DNA from: an uncultured Chloroflexia bacterium
GTDB taxonomy: Bacteria; Chloroflexota; Limnocylindria; Limnocylindrales; CSP1-4
Length of the DNA: 64,000 bases
Direction of reading: 5' to 3'
Assembly: GCA_963748625.1 (NCBI GenBank)
Contig: CAVVJT010000004.1
Location: 736,001-800,000, forward strand
Shown: positions 45,056 to 54,901 of the stretch, piece after piece
How positions within the stretch are numbered: position 1 is the stretch's first letter
Layout: the number at the start of each line of letters is the position of its first letter
Translations under genes and position numbers: made by a program
The notes under the pieces: generated by a model
What the model was told of the DNA's origin: nothing
Databases searched by the model: none
What the model saw: the letters and a program-made list of their open reading frames with translations, nothing else

Positions 45056-45895
45056 ATGACCACCCTCGCCACCGCTCCCGCCGGTACCCCGATGCCGGAT
45101 CTCGCGGCCGTCAAGGCCCGCCAGCAGGCGACGTGGGCCAGCGGCGACTACCACGCCATCGGCACGCGGATCGTCCTCGTCGCCGAGGACCTGGTCGAGT
45201 CGCTGGACCTGCGCTCCACCGAACGAGTGCTCGACGTCGCGACCGGCAGCGGCAACGCCGCCCTCGCGGCCGCCCGCCGGGGCGCTGACGTCATCGGCGT
45301 CGACTACGTCCCCAGCCTGCTGGAACGGGCCCGGCGGCGCGCCGATGCCGAGGCGGTCGAGGTGACCTTCCTCGACGGCGATGCGGAAGCCCTGCCGTTC
45401 GACGACGGCGCGTTCGACGTCACCGCGTCGGTGTTCGGCGTCATGTTCGCGCCCGACCAGGAGCGGACCGCTGCCGAGCTCGTCCGGGTCACGCGGCCCG
45501 GGGGCCGGATCGGGCTGGTTGCGCACACGCCCGAGGGGTTCATCGGGAACCTCTTCAGGACCGTGGCGCGCCACGTCCCGCCGCCCGCCGGCGTGATGTC
45601 GCCCGCGCTGTGGGGCACCGAGCCGCGCTTGGCAGAGCTCTTCGGGACGTCAGCAGCCGCGATGCGGTCGCGCCGCCTTCCGATGGTCTTCCGGTTCGCG
45701 TCGCCGACGGCCTGGGTCGACGAGTGGCGCGAGCTCTACGGCCCGGTCCGCATGGCGTTCAAGGCGGCCGGTCCCGATGGCGAGGCCGCCCTCGAGGCGG
45801 ACCTGCTCGACCTGGTCGGGCGCTTCAACAGGTCGGGCGACGGGACGATGGTGGTCGCGAGCGAGTACCTCGAGACCGTCATCGAGCGGAGGTAG
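45056..45895 (+). CDS. Class I SAM-dependent methyltransferase
   Basis: WASGDY, VLDVATGSG, GDAEALPF, FGVMFAP, RPGG. Confidence 0.93.
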   Translation: MTTLATAPAGTPMPDLAAVKARQQATWASGDYHAIGTRIVLVAEDLVESLDLRSTERVLDVATGSGNAALAAARRGADVIGVDYVPSLLERARRRADAEAVEVTFLDGDAEALPFDDGAFDVTASVFGVMFAPDQERTAAELVRVTRPGGRIGLVAHTPEGFIGNLFRTVARHVPPPAGVMSPALWGTEPRLAELFGTSAAAMRSRRLPMVFRFASPTAWVDEWRELYGPVRMAFKAAGPDGEAALEADLLDLVGRFNRSGDGTMVVASEYLETVIERR

Positions 45896-45902
45896 GGTGA
45901 CG

Positions 45903-46106
45903 ATGCATCCAACGTTGATGGCCGTCCTCGCGGTCGAGCGCCAGCGAGTCCTCCGCGAGGAGGCAGCGCGGGAACGTCTCGCCCACCCGGCCCGGGCCCT
46001 GCGCGGCATGGGAGCACGCAGCTCCCGTACCGGCGGGCCGCTGGCCCGGCTCCGCGTCGCGCTCACCCCTGGCCGCCGCGCGGCCGATCCGGCGACCGGC
46101 GCGTAG
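45903..46106 (+). CDS. Small hypothetical protein
   Basis: MHPTLMAVLAVERQRVLREEAARERLA..., coupled to the methyltransferase stop. Confidence 0.6.
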   Translation: MHPTLMAVLAVERQRVLREEAARERLAHPARALRGMGARSSRTGGPLARLRVALTPGRRAADPATGA

Positions 46107-46127
46107 GCCTCCGGGTCCCACCATACG

Positions 46128-46155
46128 GCGCCCCGTCCCTCCCGGGGCGGGGCGC
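46128..46155. terminator. GC-rich hairpin between convergent genes
   Basis: GCGCCCCGTCCC-TCCC-GGGGCGGGGCGC. Confidence 0.5.
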
Positions 46156-46224
46156 ATCCGCGTGCACCCGTCAAGAATTCAGGCCGGCGGCCGATGTCGA
46201 ACCGGCCGCCGGAGCAGGACGCGA

Positions 46225-46407
46225 CTAGAAGCGGCGACGTCCGGGCGTGACCGCGGCGCCGACGACGGCGGCCTTGGCGACCGGCGACGGGCCGGGTCCG
46301 GCGGCGGCGGCGACCACGGCAACCTTGGCGACCGGCGACGGGCCGGGCTTGGCGACGGCAGCACCGACGACGGCGGCCTTGGCGACGCGGGAGGGGCGGA
46401 GCGGCAT
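46225..46407 (-). CDS. 60-aa repetitive Ala/Val-rich basic peptide
   Basis: (P/R)VAKAAVVGAA-type unit x3 with C-terminal RRRF. RBS AAGGAG overlaps the end of the upstream gene. Confidence 0.7.
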   Translation of the reverse strand: MPLRPSRVAKAAVVGAAVAKPGPSPVAKVAVVAAAAGPGPSPVAKAAVVGAAVTPGRRRF

Positions 46408-46408
46408 G

Positions 46409-46867
46409 TCAGACTCCTTCGGCCTCGAGGGCTTCGTCCGCCTCGATGGCGGCGATGATGGCCTGGACAGGAATCCGGCCGTTGGTGACGAGCTGGCCGC
46501 CCGCGTGGCGGATGGCGGATGCGAACGGTGCAGCCCACAGGTTCTCGAAGACGAGGAGCGCGCCCATGCTGCCGGGCGCCATGACGGCACCCATCTCGAG
46601 GACATCCTCCTCGGCCAGGGTCTCGGCCAGCTGTTCCTCGATCCGGGCCAGCTCACCGAGGTCCTCGAGGTCGCCCAGCTCCTGGGCCATGACCGTCCCG
46701 TCGTCGCCCTTGGCGACCAGGACCAGGTCCATCACCCGGATGATCCCGGCATCGTGGAGGCGGAGCAGCTCGTTTGCAGCCTCGCCGGTGAAGTTCTGCT
46801 GGCCGGCCGGGAACTCGACCACCAGGTAGTCGACGGGCCCCAGCTCGTCGAGCGATCGTTCAGACAT
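46409..46867 (-). CDS. DUF6325 family protein
   Basis: LGPVDYLVVEFP, IIRVMDL, FENLWA, GRIP. Confidence 0.85.
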   Translation of the reverse strand: MSERSLDELGPVDYLVVEFPAGQQNFTGEAANELLRLHDAGIIRVMDLVLVAKGDDGTVMAQELGDLEDLGELARIEEQLAETLAEEDVLEMGAVMAPGSMGALLVFENLWAAPFASAIRHAGGQLVTNGRIPVQAIIAAIEADEALEAEGV

Positions 46868-47074
46868 GTGTCCTCCGTGTTGGTGCCCTTGTTCGACTCC
46901 GAAGCATAGTTTGATCCGCGCGCACGGGTCGTCCAGGGTGGACTCCAGTCAAGCGCGATCCGACGCTGTTGACTTCGCCCTCCGAGGGTGATGTTGCCGA
47001 CGGCAGTCTGGAGTGGGATGCAACAAGAGCGATCTCCGCTGGGGATCCCTCTCCACCCTGGAGGCCGAGGCCCC

Positions 47075-47422
47075 ATGTCGTCAGTCGAAGACGGGTTCCG
47101 CCGCGTCACCATCGGTGACCCCGCGTTCCTCGCGACGCTCGCCAGTCCTGAGCGCTGCCCGATTGACATCCCACGCCTGGACCCTCTCACTGCGGCGCTG
47201 GTGCAGGTCGGTGTCCTGATCGCGATGGATGCACCGCAGTCGCTGTACGAGGTGGCGGTCCAGGCGGCCGAGCGCGCCGGCGCGCGCCCCGAGCAGCTCC
47301 TTGCGGTGCTGGTCTCCGTCGCGGGTGCCGTCGGCTCGCCGCGGGTCGTCTCGGCTGCACCAAGGATCGCCCTCGCGGCGGGCTACGATGTTGACGCGGC
47401 CATGGAGGGCATCGCCCGGTAG
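47075..47422 (+). CDS. Carboxymuconolactone decarboxylase / AhpD-like protein lacking CxxC
   Basis: LDPLTAALV...AGA..EQ...VG.PRVVSAAP pattern. Confidence 0.7.
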   Translation: MSSVEDGFRRVTIGDPAFLATLASPERCPIDIPRLDPLTAALVQVGVLIAMDAPQSLYEVAVQAAERAGARPEQLLAVLVSVAGAVGSPRVVSAAPRIALAAGYDVDAAMEGIAR

Positions 47423-47528
47423 GACGGGCCAAGGCTCCACCCGCACGGTCTCCCGGCTGACACATCAGCACGCTCAGCGCTCCCGACGACCACGCGCCAC
47501 GATTGCCGGTGCTGTACCGTCGTGAGCC

Positions 47529-49793
47529 GTGTCCGACAGTCGTCGCCGCTTCCGGGCCGGGATACCGGTCGTGGAGGCCAAGCTCCATCCGCCGCTACCG
47601 CGCCGCGGGGTGGTCGACCGCGAACGGCTGGTCCGGCTGCTCCTCACGGAGCCGGAGCCTTCGATCGTCTCGTTGATGGCCCCGCCCGGCTACGGGAAGA
47701 CGACGCTCCTCACGCAGTGGGCGGCGCGCGAACGGCGACCCGTCGCCTGGCTGACGATCGACGACCTGGACAACGACCCGGCCATCCTGCTGTCGTACCT
47801 GGCCGTCGCCCTCGACCGCATCGTGCCGCTCGACCCCTCCATCCGATCCCGGCTCAGCGCCCCCAGGGAGCGGATCCTCGCAACCGCCGTGCCCCGTCTG
47901 GCCGCGGAGCTGCACGCGTGGAGGCGACCGGCCCTGCTGGTCATCGATGATGTCCACCAGCTCGTCGACCGCACATGCCTTGACGCGCTCGCCTCGCTCA
48001 TCGATCACCTGCCCCCCGGGTTCAGCATCGCCATCGCGGGACGGTCGGAGCCGGGGCTGCCCCTCGCGCGGCACCGGGCACGGGGCACGATGCTGGAGAT
48101 CGGGCTCGACCAGCTCGCGCTAGATGAAGGTGAGACCGGCGAGGTGGTCGCCGCAGTCGGGCACGCCCTGGCCCCCGACGAGGCACGGACGCTGATGCTC
48201 CGCACCGAGGGCTGGGCCGCGGCCGTCTACCTCGCCGCCCTCGCCCGTCGCCCGGGTGGCGTCGAACAGGATGCGCTCGACACCGTCTCCGGTCGGGATC
48301 CCTACATCGACGCCTACCTGCGCTCCGAGATCGAGCGAGACCTTGGCGAGGAGGACGTGGCCTTCCTGACGCGCACGGCCGTGCTCGACACGATGACGCC
48401 GCCGGCCGCCGACGCCATCACGGGGACGACGGGAGCCGCGAGGCGGCTCCACGCGCTCGCGCGAAGCAACCTTCTCATCCAGGAGGTCGGAGGTCCCGAA
48501 CCGTCGTACCGCTATCACAATCTGTTGCGCGACCATCTCCTGGCGGAGCTGGAGCGACGCGAACCGGGGGTCGCGCCTGCGATGCACGGCCGCGCGGCCA
48601 CGTGGTACGCGGCCATGGGCGACGTTGACCGCGCGGTCGAGCACGCCTTCGCGAGTGGTGATCTTGACGCGGCCGCGGGGCTGGTGACCGCAGCGGCACT
48701 GCCGGCGTTCTACGAGGGGCGACCGAACACGCTGGACCGATGGCTGCGCAGCTTCGGGCCTGCGGACTTCGAGCGCAACCCGCCGCTCGCCGTCATCGCG
48801 GCCTGGATCCACGTCCTCAACGGGCGCACGGACGCGACCGACCGGATGGCGGACGTCGCGGATCACACGCTCTTCACCGGGGTGCCCGGTGACGGCTCGG
48901 CCTCCTTCGAGTCGCAGCGGGCGATGCTCTGGGCGATCCTGGCCCGGCACGGCGCGAAGGATGTGCTCGCGAATGCCGAGCTTGCGGCGTCGCAGGAGGG
49001 CGCACGGAGTCCGTGGAGGACGAACGCGCTGTGGCTCCTCGGGTCGGCCCACTACCTGCTCGGCGACGCGGGGGCAGCGGACACGACACTCGCCCAGGCG
49101 GTCGACTCCGGGGACGCCGCGGCAGCGTCGGCGATGGTGGCCGAGGCCAACCGCGCAAGCATCGCGATGGCACGCGGGGACTGGCGGGCGGCAGAGCAGC
49201 TTGCTCGCCAGAGCCGCGCCGTGCTGACGCAGGCGAACCACGACGAGCTCCTCTCGTCTCTCCTCGTGTATGCCGTCGGTGCTCGCGTCAGCATCCATCT
49301 CGGCGACCTGGACCGCGGACGGGAGGACCTCGCGCGCGCACAGCTCGTCCGTCCCCTGGCCAGTCACGTGGCGCCGTGGTTCGCCGTCGACGCCCTGCTC
49401 GAGCTGGCGCGCGCCTACCTGGCCATCTCGGACCCCGAGGGCGCGCGGGTCGTCGTGCAGCAGGCGGAGCACATCCTCCGGCACCGCCCCGACCTCGGGC
49501 GGCTGACCGGGGATGTCATCGAGATGCGTCGGCGACTCGCGGACGCCGCTGCCACGACCGTCGGCTCGTCGACGCTCACGAATGCGGAGCTGCGCCTGCT
49601 GCCGTTGCTGACGACCTACCTCTCGTTCGAGGAGATCGGGGAACGCCTCTTCATCTCGCGCAACACCGTCAAGACCCACTCGATGTCCATCTACGGGAAG
49701 CTCCAGGCGTCGTCCCGCCGTGAGGCGGTCGAGCGAGCGGTCGAGCTGGGTCTGCTGGAGCCATTCCAGGACCTTCGGGCGCCGCGCACGTAG
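47529..49793 (+). CDS. MalT-like (LAL) ATP-dependent LuxR regulator
   Basis: APPGYGKTT, IDDVH, TEGW, YRYH, C-terminal LuxR HTH. Confidence 0.93.
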   Translation: MSDSRRRFRAGIPVVEAKLHPPLPRRGVVDRERLVRLLLTEPEPSIVSLMAPPGYGKTTLLTQWAARERRPVAWLTIDDLDNDPAILLSYLAVALDRIVPLDPSIRSRLSAPRERILATAVPRLAAELHAWRRPALLVIDDVHQLVDRTCLDALASLIDHLPPGFSIAIAGRSEPGLPLARHRARGTMLEIGLDQLALDEGETGEVVAAVGHALAPDEARTLMLRTEGWAAAVYLAALARRPGGVEQDALDTVSGRDPYIDAYLRSEIERDLGEEDVAFLTRTAVLDTMTPPAADAITGTTGAARRLHALARSNLLIQEVGGPEPSYRYHNLLRDHLLAELERREPGVAPAMHGRAATWYAAMGDVDRAVEHAFASGDLDAAAGLVTAAALPAFYEGRPNTLDRWLRSFGPADFERNPPLAVIAAWIHVLNGRTDATDRMADVADHTLFTGVPGDGSASFESQRAMLWAILARHGAKDVLANAELAASQEGARSPWRTNALWLLGSAHYLLGDAGAADTTLAQAVDSGDAAAASAMVAEANRASIAMARGDWRAAEQLARQSRAVLTQANHDELLSSLLVYAVGARVSIHLGDLDRGREDLARAQLVRPLASHVAPWFAVDALLELARAYLAISDPEGARVVVQQAEHILRHRPDLGRLTGDVIEMRRRLADAAATTVGSSTLTNAELRLLPLLTTYLSFEEIGERLFISRNTVKTHSMSIYGKLQASSRREAVERAVELGLLEPFQDLRAPRT

Positions 49794-49919
49794 CGGCGCG
49801 TCCGGCCGGCGGATCGTGCCCGCATGGACTTGCGTCCTTGCGCACCCGTCGGAATGCCACCATCGAAAGGGGCCTGACGGACCCCGGTCCGGCAGCCGAT
49901 CCACGGTAGGGTCACCTCC

Positions 49920-51548
49920 ATGGATGTCGTCATCATCGGCGGGGTCGCGGGCGGGATGTCCGCGGCGGCCCGGCTGCGCCGGCTGGACGAGCAGGCGCGC
50001 ATCACCGTCATCGAGCGCAGCGGCAACGTCTCGTTCGCCAACTGCGGCCTGCCGTATCACGTGGGCGGGGTCATCGAGCAGCGCGATGCGCTGCTCCTGC
50101 AGACCCCGGCATCCCTCGGCGCGCGCTTCCGGATCGACGTGAAGGTCAACCACGAGGCAGTCTCGATCGACCGGGCGGCCCGCACGGTGACCGTGCGCGA
50201 TCTTGCCGACGGCACCGAGGACGTGCTGCGCTACGACGCACTGGTCCTGTCCCCCGGCGCCCGGCCCGTCCGGCCGCCGATCCCCGGCATCGAGCGCGCG
50301 CTCTCGCTGCGAACCGTCGAGGACACCGACGCCATGGTCGCCGCCGTCGCGGGCGCGCACTCGGCCGTCGTCATCGGCGGCGGCTTCATCGGCCTGGAGA
50401 TGGCCGAGAACCTGGTCCACCGCGGCATCCAGACCGCGATCGTCGAGGCTACGAGCCAGGTCATGGCCCCCGTGGACCCCGAGCTCGTGGACATCGTGCA
50501 CCGCCGGATCCGGTCGCGGCATGTCGATCTTCGCCTCGGCGCGGCCGTCACCGCGATCGGCCCGGACTCGGTGACGCTCTCAAACGGCGACGTCCTCCCG
50601 GCCGACGTGGTCGTGGCGGCCATCGGCGTGCGCCCGGAGACCTCCCTGGCCGAGTCGGCGGGGCTCGCCCTCGGGCCTCGCGGCGGCATCGCCATCGACG
50701 AGCAGTTCCGCACCAGCGACCCGCACATCCACGCCATCGGCGACGCCGTTGAGAAGCGCGACGCGCTCGATGGCGCCGAGGCGCTCGTCCCCCTCGCGAA
50801 CACCGCCAACCGCCAGGGCCGCTTCCTCGCCGACGTACTCGCAGGCCGCAAGGGCACGGACCGGCCGGTCCTGGGCACGGCCATCGTGGGCGTCTTCGGG
50901 CTGCAGGTTGCGGTGACCGGCTGGAACGAGAAGCGCCTGCGCGCAGCCGGGCGTCCGTACCTCGCGATCCACACCCATCCCGGCAGCCACGCCGGCTACT
51001 ACCCGGGCTCGGCCGGGATGGCCCTCAAGCTGCTGGTCGATCCGGCGGACGGGCGGATCCTGGGTGCTCAAGGCGTCGGCCGGGACGGCATCGACAAGCG
51101 GATCGACGTGATCGCCACCGCCATGGCGGGCGGGCTCACCGCCCCGGATCTCGCAGACCTGGAGCTCGCCTACGCGCCCCAGTTCGCCTCGGCGAAGGAC
51201 CCGGTGAACATGCTGGGCTACGTCGCGCGCAACGCGCTCGAGGGCCTCACGCCGACGGTGCAGTGGCACGAGCTTGCCGACGCGATGGCGGCGGGCGCCG
51301 TGCTGGTGGACGTCCGCGATCCGGGCGAGCACCGCCGTGGTGCGATCCCGGGGTCGATCCTGCTGCCGGTCAACGACCTGCGCGAGCACCTCGACGGGAT
51401 CCCGCGCGACCGCCCGGTCGTCATCCACTGTGCGGTGGGGGTCCGCGGGCACACCGCGGCCCGGATGCTGCTCCAGCTGGGCTGGACGGACGTGCGCAAC
51501 CTCGACGGCGGCTACACGACCTGGTCGGCGGGGATGGGCACGGCGTAG
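49920..51548 (+). CDS. CoA-disulfide/persulfide reductase with C-terminal rhodanese domain (CoADR-RHD / Npsr-like)
   Basis: GGVAGG, SFANCGLPY, GGGFIG, YAPQF, rhodanese HCAVGVRG. Confidence 0.93.
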   Translation: MDVVIIGGVAGGMSAAARLRRLDEQARITVIERSGNVSFANCGLPYHVGGVIEQRDALLLQTPASLGARFRIDVKVNHEAVSIDRAARTVTVRDLADGTEDVLRYDALVLSPGARPVRPPIPGIERALSLRTVEDTDAMVAAVAGAHSAVVIGGGFIGLEMAENLVHRGIQTAIVEATSQVMAPVDPELVDIVHRRIRSRHVDLRLGAAVTAIGPDSVTLSNGDVLPADVVVAAIGVRPETSLAESAGLALGPRGGIAIDEQFRTSDPHIHAIGDAVEKRDALDGAEALVPLANTANRQGRFLADVLAGRKGTDRPVLGTAIVGVFGLQVAVTGWNEKRLRAAGRPYLAIHTHPGSHAGYYPGSAGMALKLLVDPADGRILGAQGVGRDGIDKRIDVIATAMAGGLTAPDLADLELAYAPQFASAKDPVNMLGYVARNALEGLTPTVQWHELADAMAAGAVLVDVRDPGEHRRGAIPGSILLPVNDLREHLDGIPRDRPVVIHCAVGVRGHTAARMLLQLGWTDVRNLDGGYTTWSAGMGTA

Positions 51549-51600
51549 GTCCGGGCTGGTCCGCGCCCGCGTCCGACACCCGACAAGGGCGCCCTCAGCG

Positions 51601-51865
51601 CGCGCTGACTCGCGGCGCTGACTTGCCCGCTGACTCGCCCGCTGACTCGCCCGCTGCCTCGCGCGCTGACACGACCCGGAGTCGCCCGCTGACACGACCC
51701 GGAGTCACCAGCACATGGTCCGTGCGGCGGGTGTGCAGCCAAGTCGAGGTTCAGCGCACAAGCCGTGCGGGAACGGGGCGCCGGTGACTCCCACCGGTGT
51801 CACGGGAGCGGGTGTCACGGGAGCGGGTGTCACGGGCGCGGGCGTCACGGGCGCGGGCGTCACGA
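51601..51865. repeat. Clusters of short imperfect tandem repeats between convergent genes
   Basis: CGCTGACTCGCC-like 12-mers (51601-51710) and GTCACGGG(A/C)GCGGG(T/C) 15-mers x4-5 (51797-51865). Confidence 0.85.
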
Positions 51866-51902
51866 ACGCGGGCCAGCCCCGGGGTCCCCGCATCGGACGG
51901 GT

Positions 51903-53156
51903 CTAGGCCACGCCCGAGGTGGGCACCTCGAGCCAGAACGCGGCGCCGCCCTCAGGCCGGTTGCGCGCGCCGACGGTGCCGCCATGGGCCTCGACGATCG
52001 CGCGGGCGATCGCCAGGCCAAGGCCCGACGTGCCGGTCCCCCGGTCGCGGCCGGCGTCGGCCTGGTAGAGCCGGTCGAACACGTTGGGCAGGTCCGCGGG
52101 CGGCACACCTGGGCCGTCGTCGGCGACCTCGAGGCGGACCATCCCCTCTTCGCCTGGGACGCGGCCAACCGTCACGTGACCGCCCACGGGCGCGAAACGT
52201 AGCGCGTTGTCCACCATGGTCGCCAGCGCTTGCGCCAGACGGTCGCGGTCCGCAGCGACCACCGGCGAGGGCGACGTGGCTGCCTCATGGGCGAGCTCCA
52301 CGCCGCGCGCGGCCGCTCGTGCCGCGAAGGACACGACCACTGCCTCCGCGACGGCATCGGCGGCCACCGGCGCCGGCCGCAGGTCCAGCGCGCCGGCGTC
52401 GGCCAGGCTGATCGTGCGCAGGTCATCGACCACGCGGGCCAGCAGGCGCGCCTGCTCGCGGATGGTCGCCAGGTGCCGGTCATCGTGCTCGTACACGCCG
52501 TCCATCACCGCGGCAGCCGTCGCCTCGATCACCGCGAGCGGGGTCTTCATCTCGTGGGCGGCGTCCTGGAAGAAGCGGCGCCTGGCGGCCTCGCCCCGCT
52601 CGAGGTCGGCGGCCATTGCGTCGAACGAGCGCCCCAGCGAGCCGAACTCGTCGCGACGACCCGCGATGCCCGAACGTGCCGCGAGATCGCCCTGGGCCAC
52701 CGACGCGGCCACCTGCTCGAGCCGCTCGAGGGGCCGGGCGAGGTGGCGGGCGATGACGATGCCCAGCAGCGAGGCGACGGCGGCGGCGATCAAGGCAACC
52801 AGCGCGATCGTCTGGGTGGTCTCGGCCTGCGCCTGGGCGTAGTAGCTGCCGGGCGTGCCCGTGTCAGTTGGCGCGCCCGTCGCACCGGGGACAGTGCTGG
52901 CGAGCGGACCCTGGCCCATGCCGCCGCCCATGCCACCGCCCTGGCCCATCCCCGAGCCGTGCCCGGGTCCCTGGCCCTGGCCCTGGCCGGGACCCTGGCC
53001 GACGGCCGCGCCTCCACCCTGCATCATCGCGAAGCCGCGACCCACGATGGGCGGGGCAGCGATGGCAACGGCGACCGCCGTGGCGATGGCGACGAACGCG
53101 AAGGCGAGCGCGAGCCGAACCGCGAGCCCGTCAAGACGCCTGACGCGGCGGCTCAT
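51903..53156 (-). CDS. HAMP-containing sensor histidine kinase (BaeS-like) with Gly/Gln/Met-rich extracytoplasmic loop
   Basis: Two TM helices, HAMP, AAHEMKTPL, DNALRF, DDGPG, GLGLAI. Confidence 0.93.
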   Translation of the reverse strand: MSRRVRRLDGLAVRLALAFAFVAIATAVAVAIAAPPIVGRGFAMMQGGGAAVGQGPGQGQGQGPGHGSGMGQGGGMGGGMGQGPLASTVPGATGAPTDTGTPGSYYAQAQAETTQTIALVALIAAAVASLLGIVIARHLARPLERLEQVAASVAQGDLAARSGIAGRRDEFGSLGRSFDAMAADLERGEAARRRFFQDAAHEMKTPLAVIEATAAAVMDGVYEHDDRHLATIREQARLLARVVDDLRTISLADAGALDLRPAPVAADAVAEAVVVSFAARAAARGVELAHEAATSPSPVVAADRDRLAQALATMVDNALRFAPVGGHVTVGRVPGEEGMVRLEVADDGPGVPPADLPNVFDRLYQADAGRDRGTGTSGLGLAIARAIVEAHGGTVGARNRPEGGAAFWLEVPTSGVA

Positions 53157-53890
53157 TGACGGGCGGCCCGGTAGCCGACGCCCCGGATGGTCTCGATGTA
53201 CTCGAGGCCGGCCGGCCGCTCGCCCAGCTTGCGCCGCAGGTTCTTCACGTGACTGTCGATCGTGCGGTCGAACGCGTCGAACGCCTCGCCGAAGACGCGG
53301 TCCCCGAGCTGCGAGCGCGTGAGCGTCACACCCGGCTGCGCGGCGAGGGCGGCGAGGAGGTCGAATTCGGCGCGGGTGAGCCCCAGGTCGGCGGCTCCCC
53401 TCCGGACCTCGCGGGCGAGCTGGTCGATCTCCAGGTCCAGGTATACGAGGACGCCCGCTGGGGGGACGGAGGCGTCCGCAACACCCGCCGAGCCGGTCGC
53501 GCCGGCCGCGGAGGTCCCGACCTGGACAGCGGCCCGGCGCAGCACCGCACCTACGCGGGCAACCAGCTCGCGGGGCTCGAACGGCTTGGTCACGTAGTCG
53601 TCGGCGCCGATCTCGAGGCCGGCAACGCGGTCGATCACGTCGTCGCGCGCCGTCAGCAGGATCACGGCGGCGTGATTGCCCGAGGCCCGCAGCTCGCGCA
53701 GGACGTCGAAGCCGGATCGTCCCGGCAGCATCACGTCCAGGACGATCAGGTCGGGCGGGTTGTCCGACGCCGAGGCAAGGGCCGCGTCGCCGTCCACTGC
53801 GTACGTGACGGCGTACCCCTCGCGGGCAAGGTAGGACCCCACGATCTCGCGGATGTGGGGCTCGTCATCGACGACCAGGACGGTGCTCAT
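53153..53890 (-). CDS. OmpR-family response regulator
   Basis: VVDDE, LDVMLP, GADDYVTKPF, DSHVKNLRRKL, IRGVGY. Confidence 0.95.
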   Translation of the reverse strand: MSTVLVVDDEPHIREIVGSYLAREGYAVTYAVDGDAALASASDNPPDLIVLDVMLPGRSGFDVLRELRASGNHAAVILLTARDDVIDRVAGLEIGADDYVTKPFEPRELVARVGAVLRRAAVQVGTSAAGATGSAGVADASVPPAGVLVYLDLEIDQLAREVRRGAADLGLTRAEFDLLAALAAQPGVTLTRSQLGDRVFGEAFDAFDRTIDSHVKNLRRKLGERPAGLEYIETIRGVGYRAARQ

Positions 53891-53952
53891 GTCGGGGTAA
53901 TGGTAGGGGCAGGCCGGAGGAGGTATCGGCCTGCCCCGTGGAGTTCGGTTGA

Positions 53953-54624
53953 TCAGCTCGAGGGCGTCGTGGCGGTGGCCGGGCAGGTGCCGGTACCGGC
54001 TCCCCCGCCCATGCTGCCGCGCATCTGGCCACCATGGCCTGCACCCATCTGGCCGCCGTTCCCCTGGCCACCGGCCATCCCCCGACCGCCGCCCATTCCG
54101 GCGCCACCCTGGCCGCGCATCGATCCGTTCGGGCCGGCCCCGACGGCCGCGCCGCGCATGCCGCCCGGCGTGGTCTGGTCGACCATCGCCTTCGCCTGCT
54201 CGGCGACGTCAGCCTTGAGGGTGGCTGCCTGGTCGGCCGTGAGCGCGCCGGCGGTGACGCGGGCGTCGATCCGGATGGACCACGTGGCGGCCAGGGCGTC
54301 GACGAGCGTCTGGGGGTCGACCTTCTGCTGCGCGGCGATGTCGGCGAGGCTCTTGCCCGCCATGCGCAGCTCCTGCACCTGGGCATCGGTGAGGCCCAGC
54401 ATCGCGGCGATCATGCCCGTGGTCTCGGGCGCCGGCGTGCCGGCCGGGGCGGGCGTCGCGGCCGGAGCCGTGACCAGAGCCGCATCGGGCGTGGCGGCCG
54501 GGGTGATCCAGCCATCAGGCGGCGCCCAGTTGCTGGTGGCGCCGGGGTCGGCTGCGACGGCGACCCCGGCGAGGAGGAGGACGCCGAGGCCGGCACCGGC
54601 GATCGGGGCCAGGAAGGACTTCAT
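53953..54624 (-). CDS. Secreted helical protein with Gly/Met-rich tail
   Basis: Signal peptide, LGLTDAQVQE..GKSLADIA motif, GMGGG tail. RBS GAGG. Confidence 0.75.
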   Translation of the reverse strand: MKSFLAPIAGAGLGVLLLAGVAVAADPGATSNWAPPDGWITPAATPDAALVTAPAATPAPAGTPAPETTGMIAAMLGLTDAQVQELRMAGKSLADIAAQQKVDPQTLVDALAATWSIRIDARVTAGALTADQAATLKADVAEQAKAMVDQTTPGGMRGAAVGAGPNGSMRGQGGAGMGGGRGMAGGQGNGGQMGAGHGGQMRGSMGGGAGTGTCPATATTPSS

Positions 54625-54901
54625 CAGGTGGGTACCTCTGTGTTCGTGCCCCGGACGGAGGACGCCCGATCCGGCGGCGAGGGCACCATCCTCTGCCGCG
54701 TTCGTGGAGCGCCGATGGACGGCGCGTGGAGATCGCGGGGATGTCCGCGGATCCGGCATTCGGCCCCGGCTCCACACAACCTGCACAGCACCGTCGTCGT
54801 GCGTCCACGAAGGCTCCATCAGCGGTCCACGCTTCGCACGGACAGTGGCGGGGCAGCAGCCCGGCACGCCCTGCCGGCGCCCAACCGCCCGGAGCCTGTC
54901 C

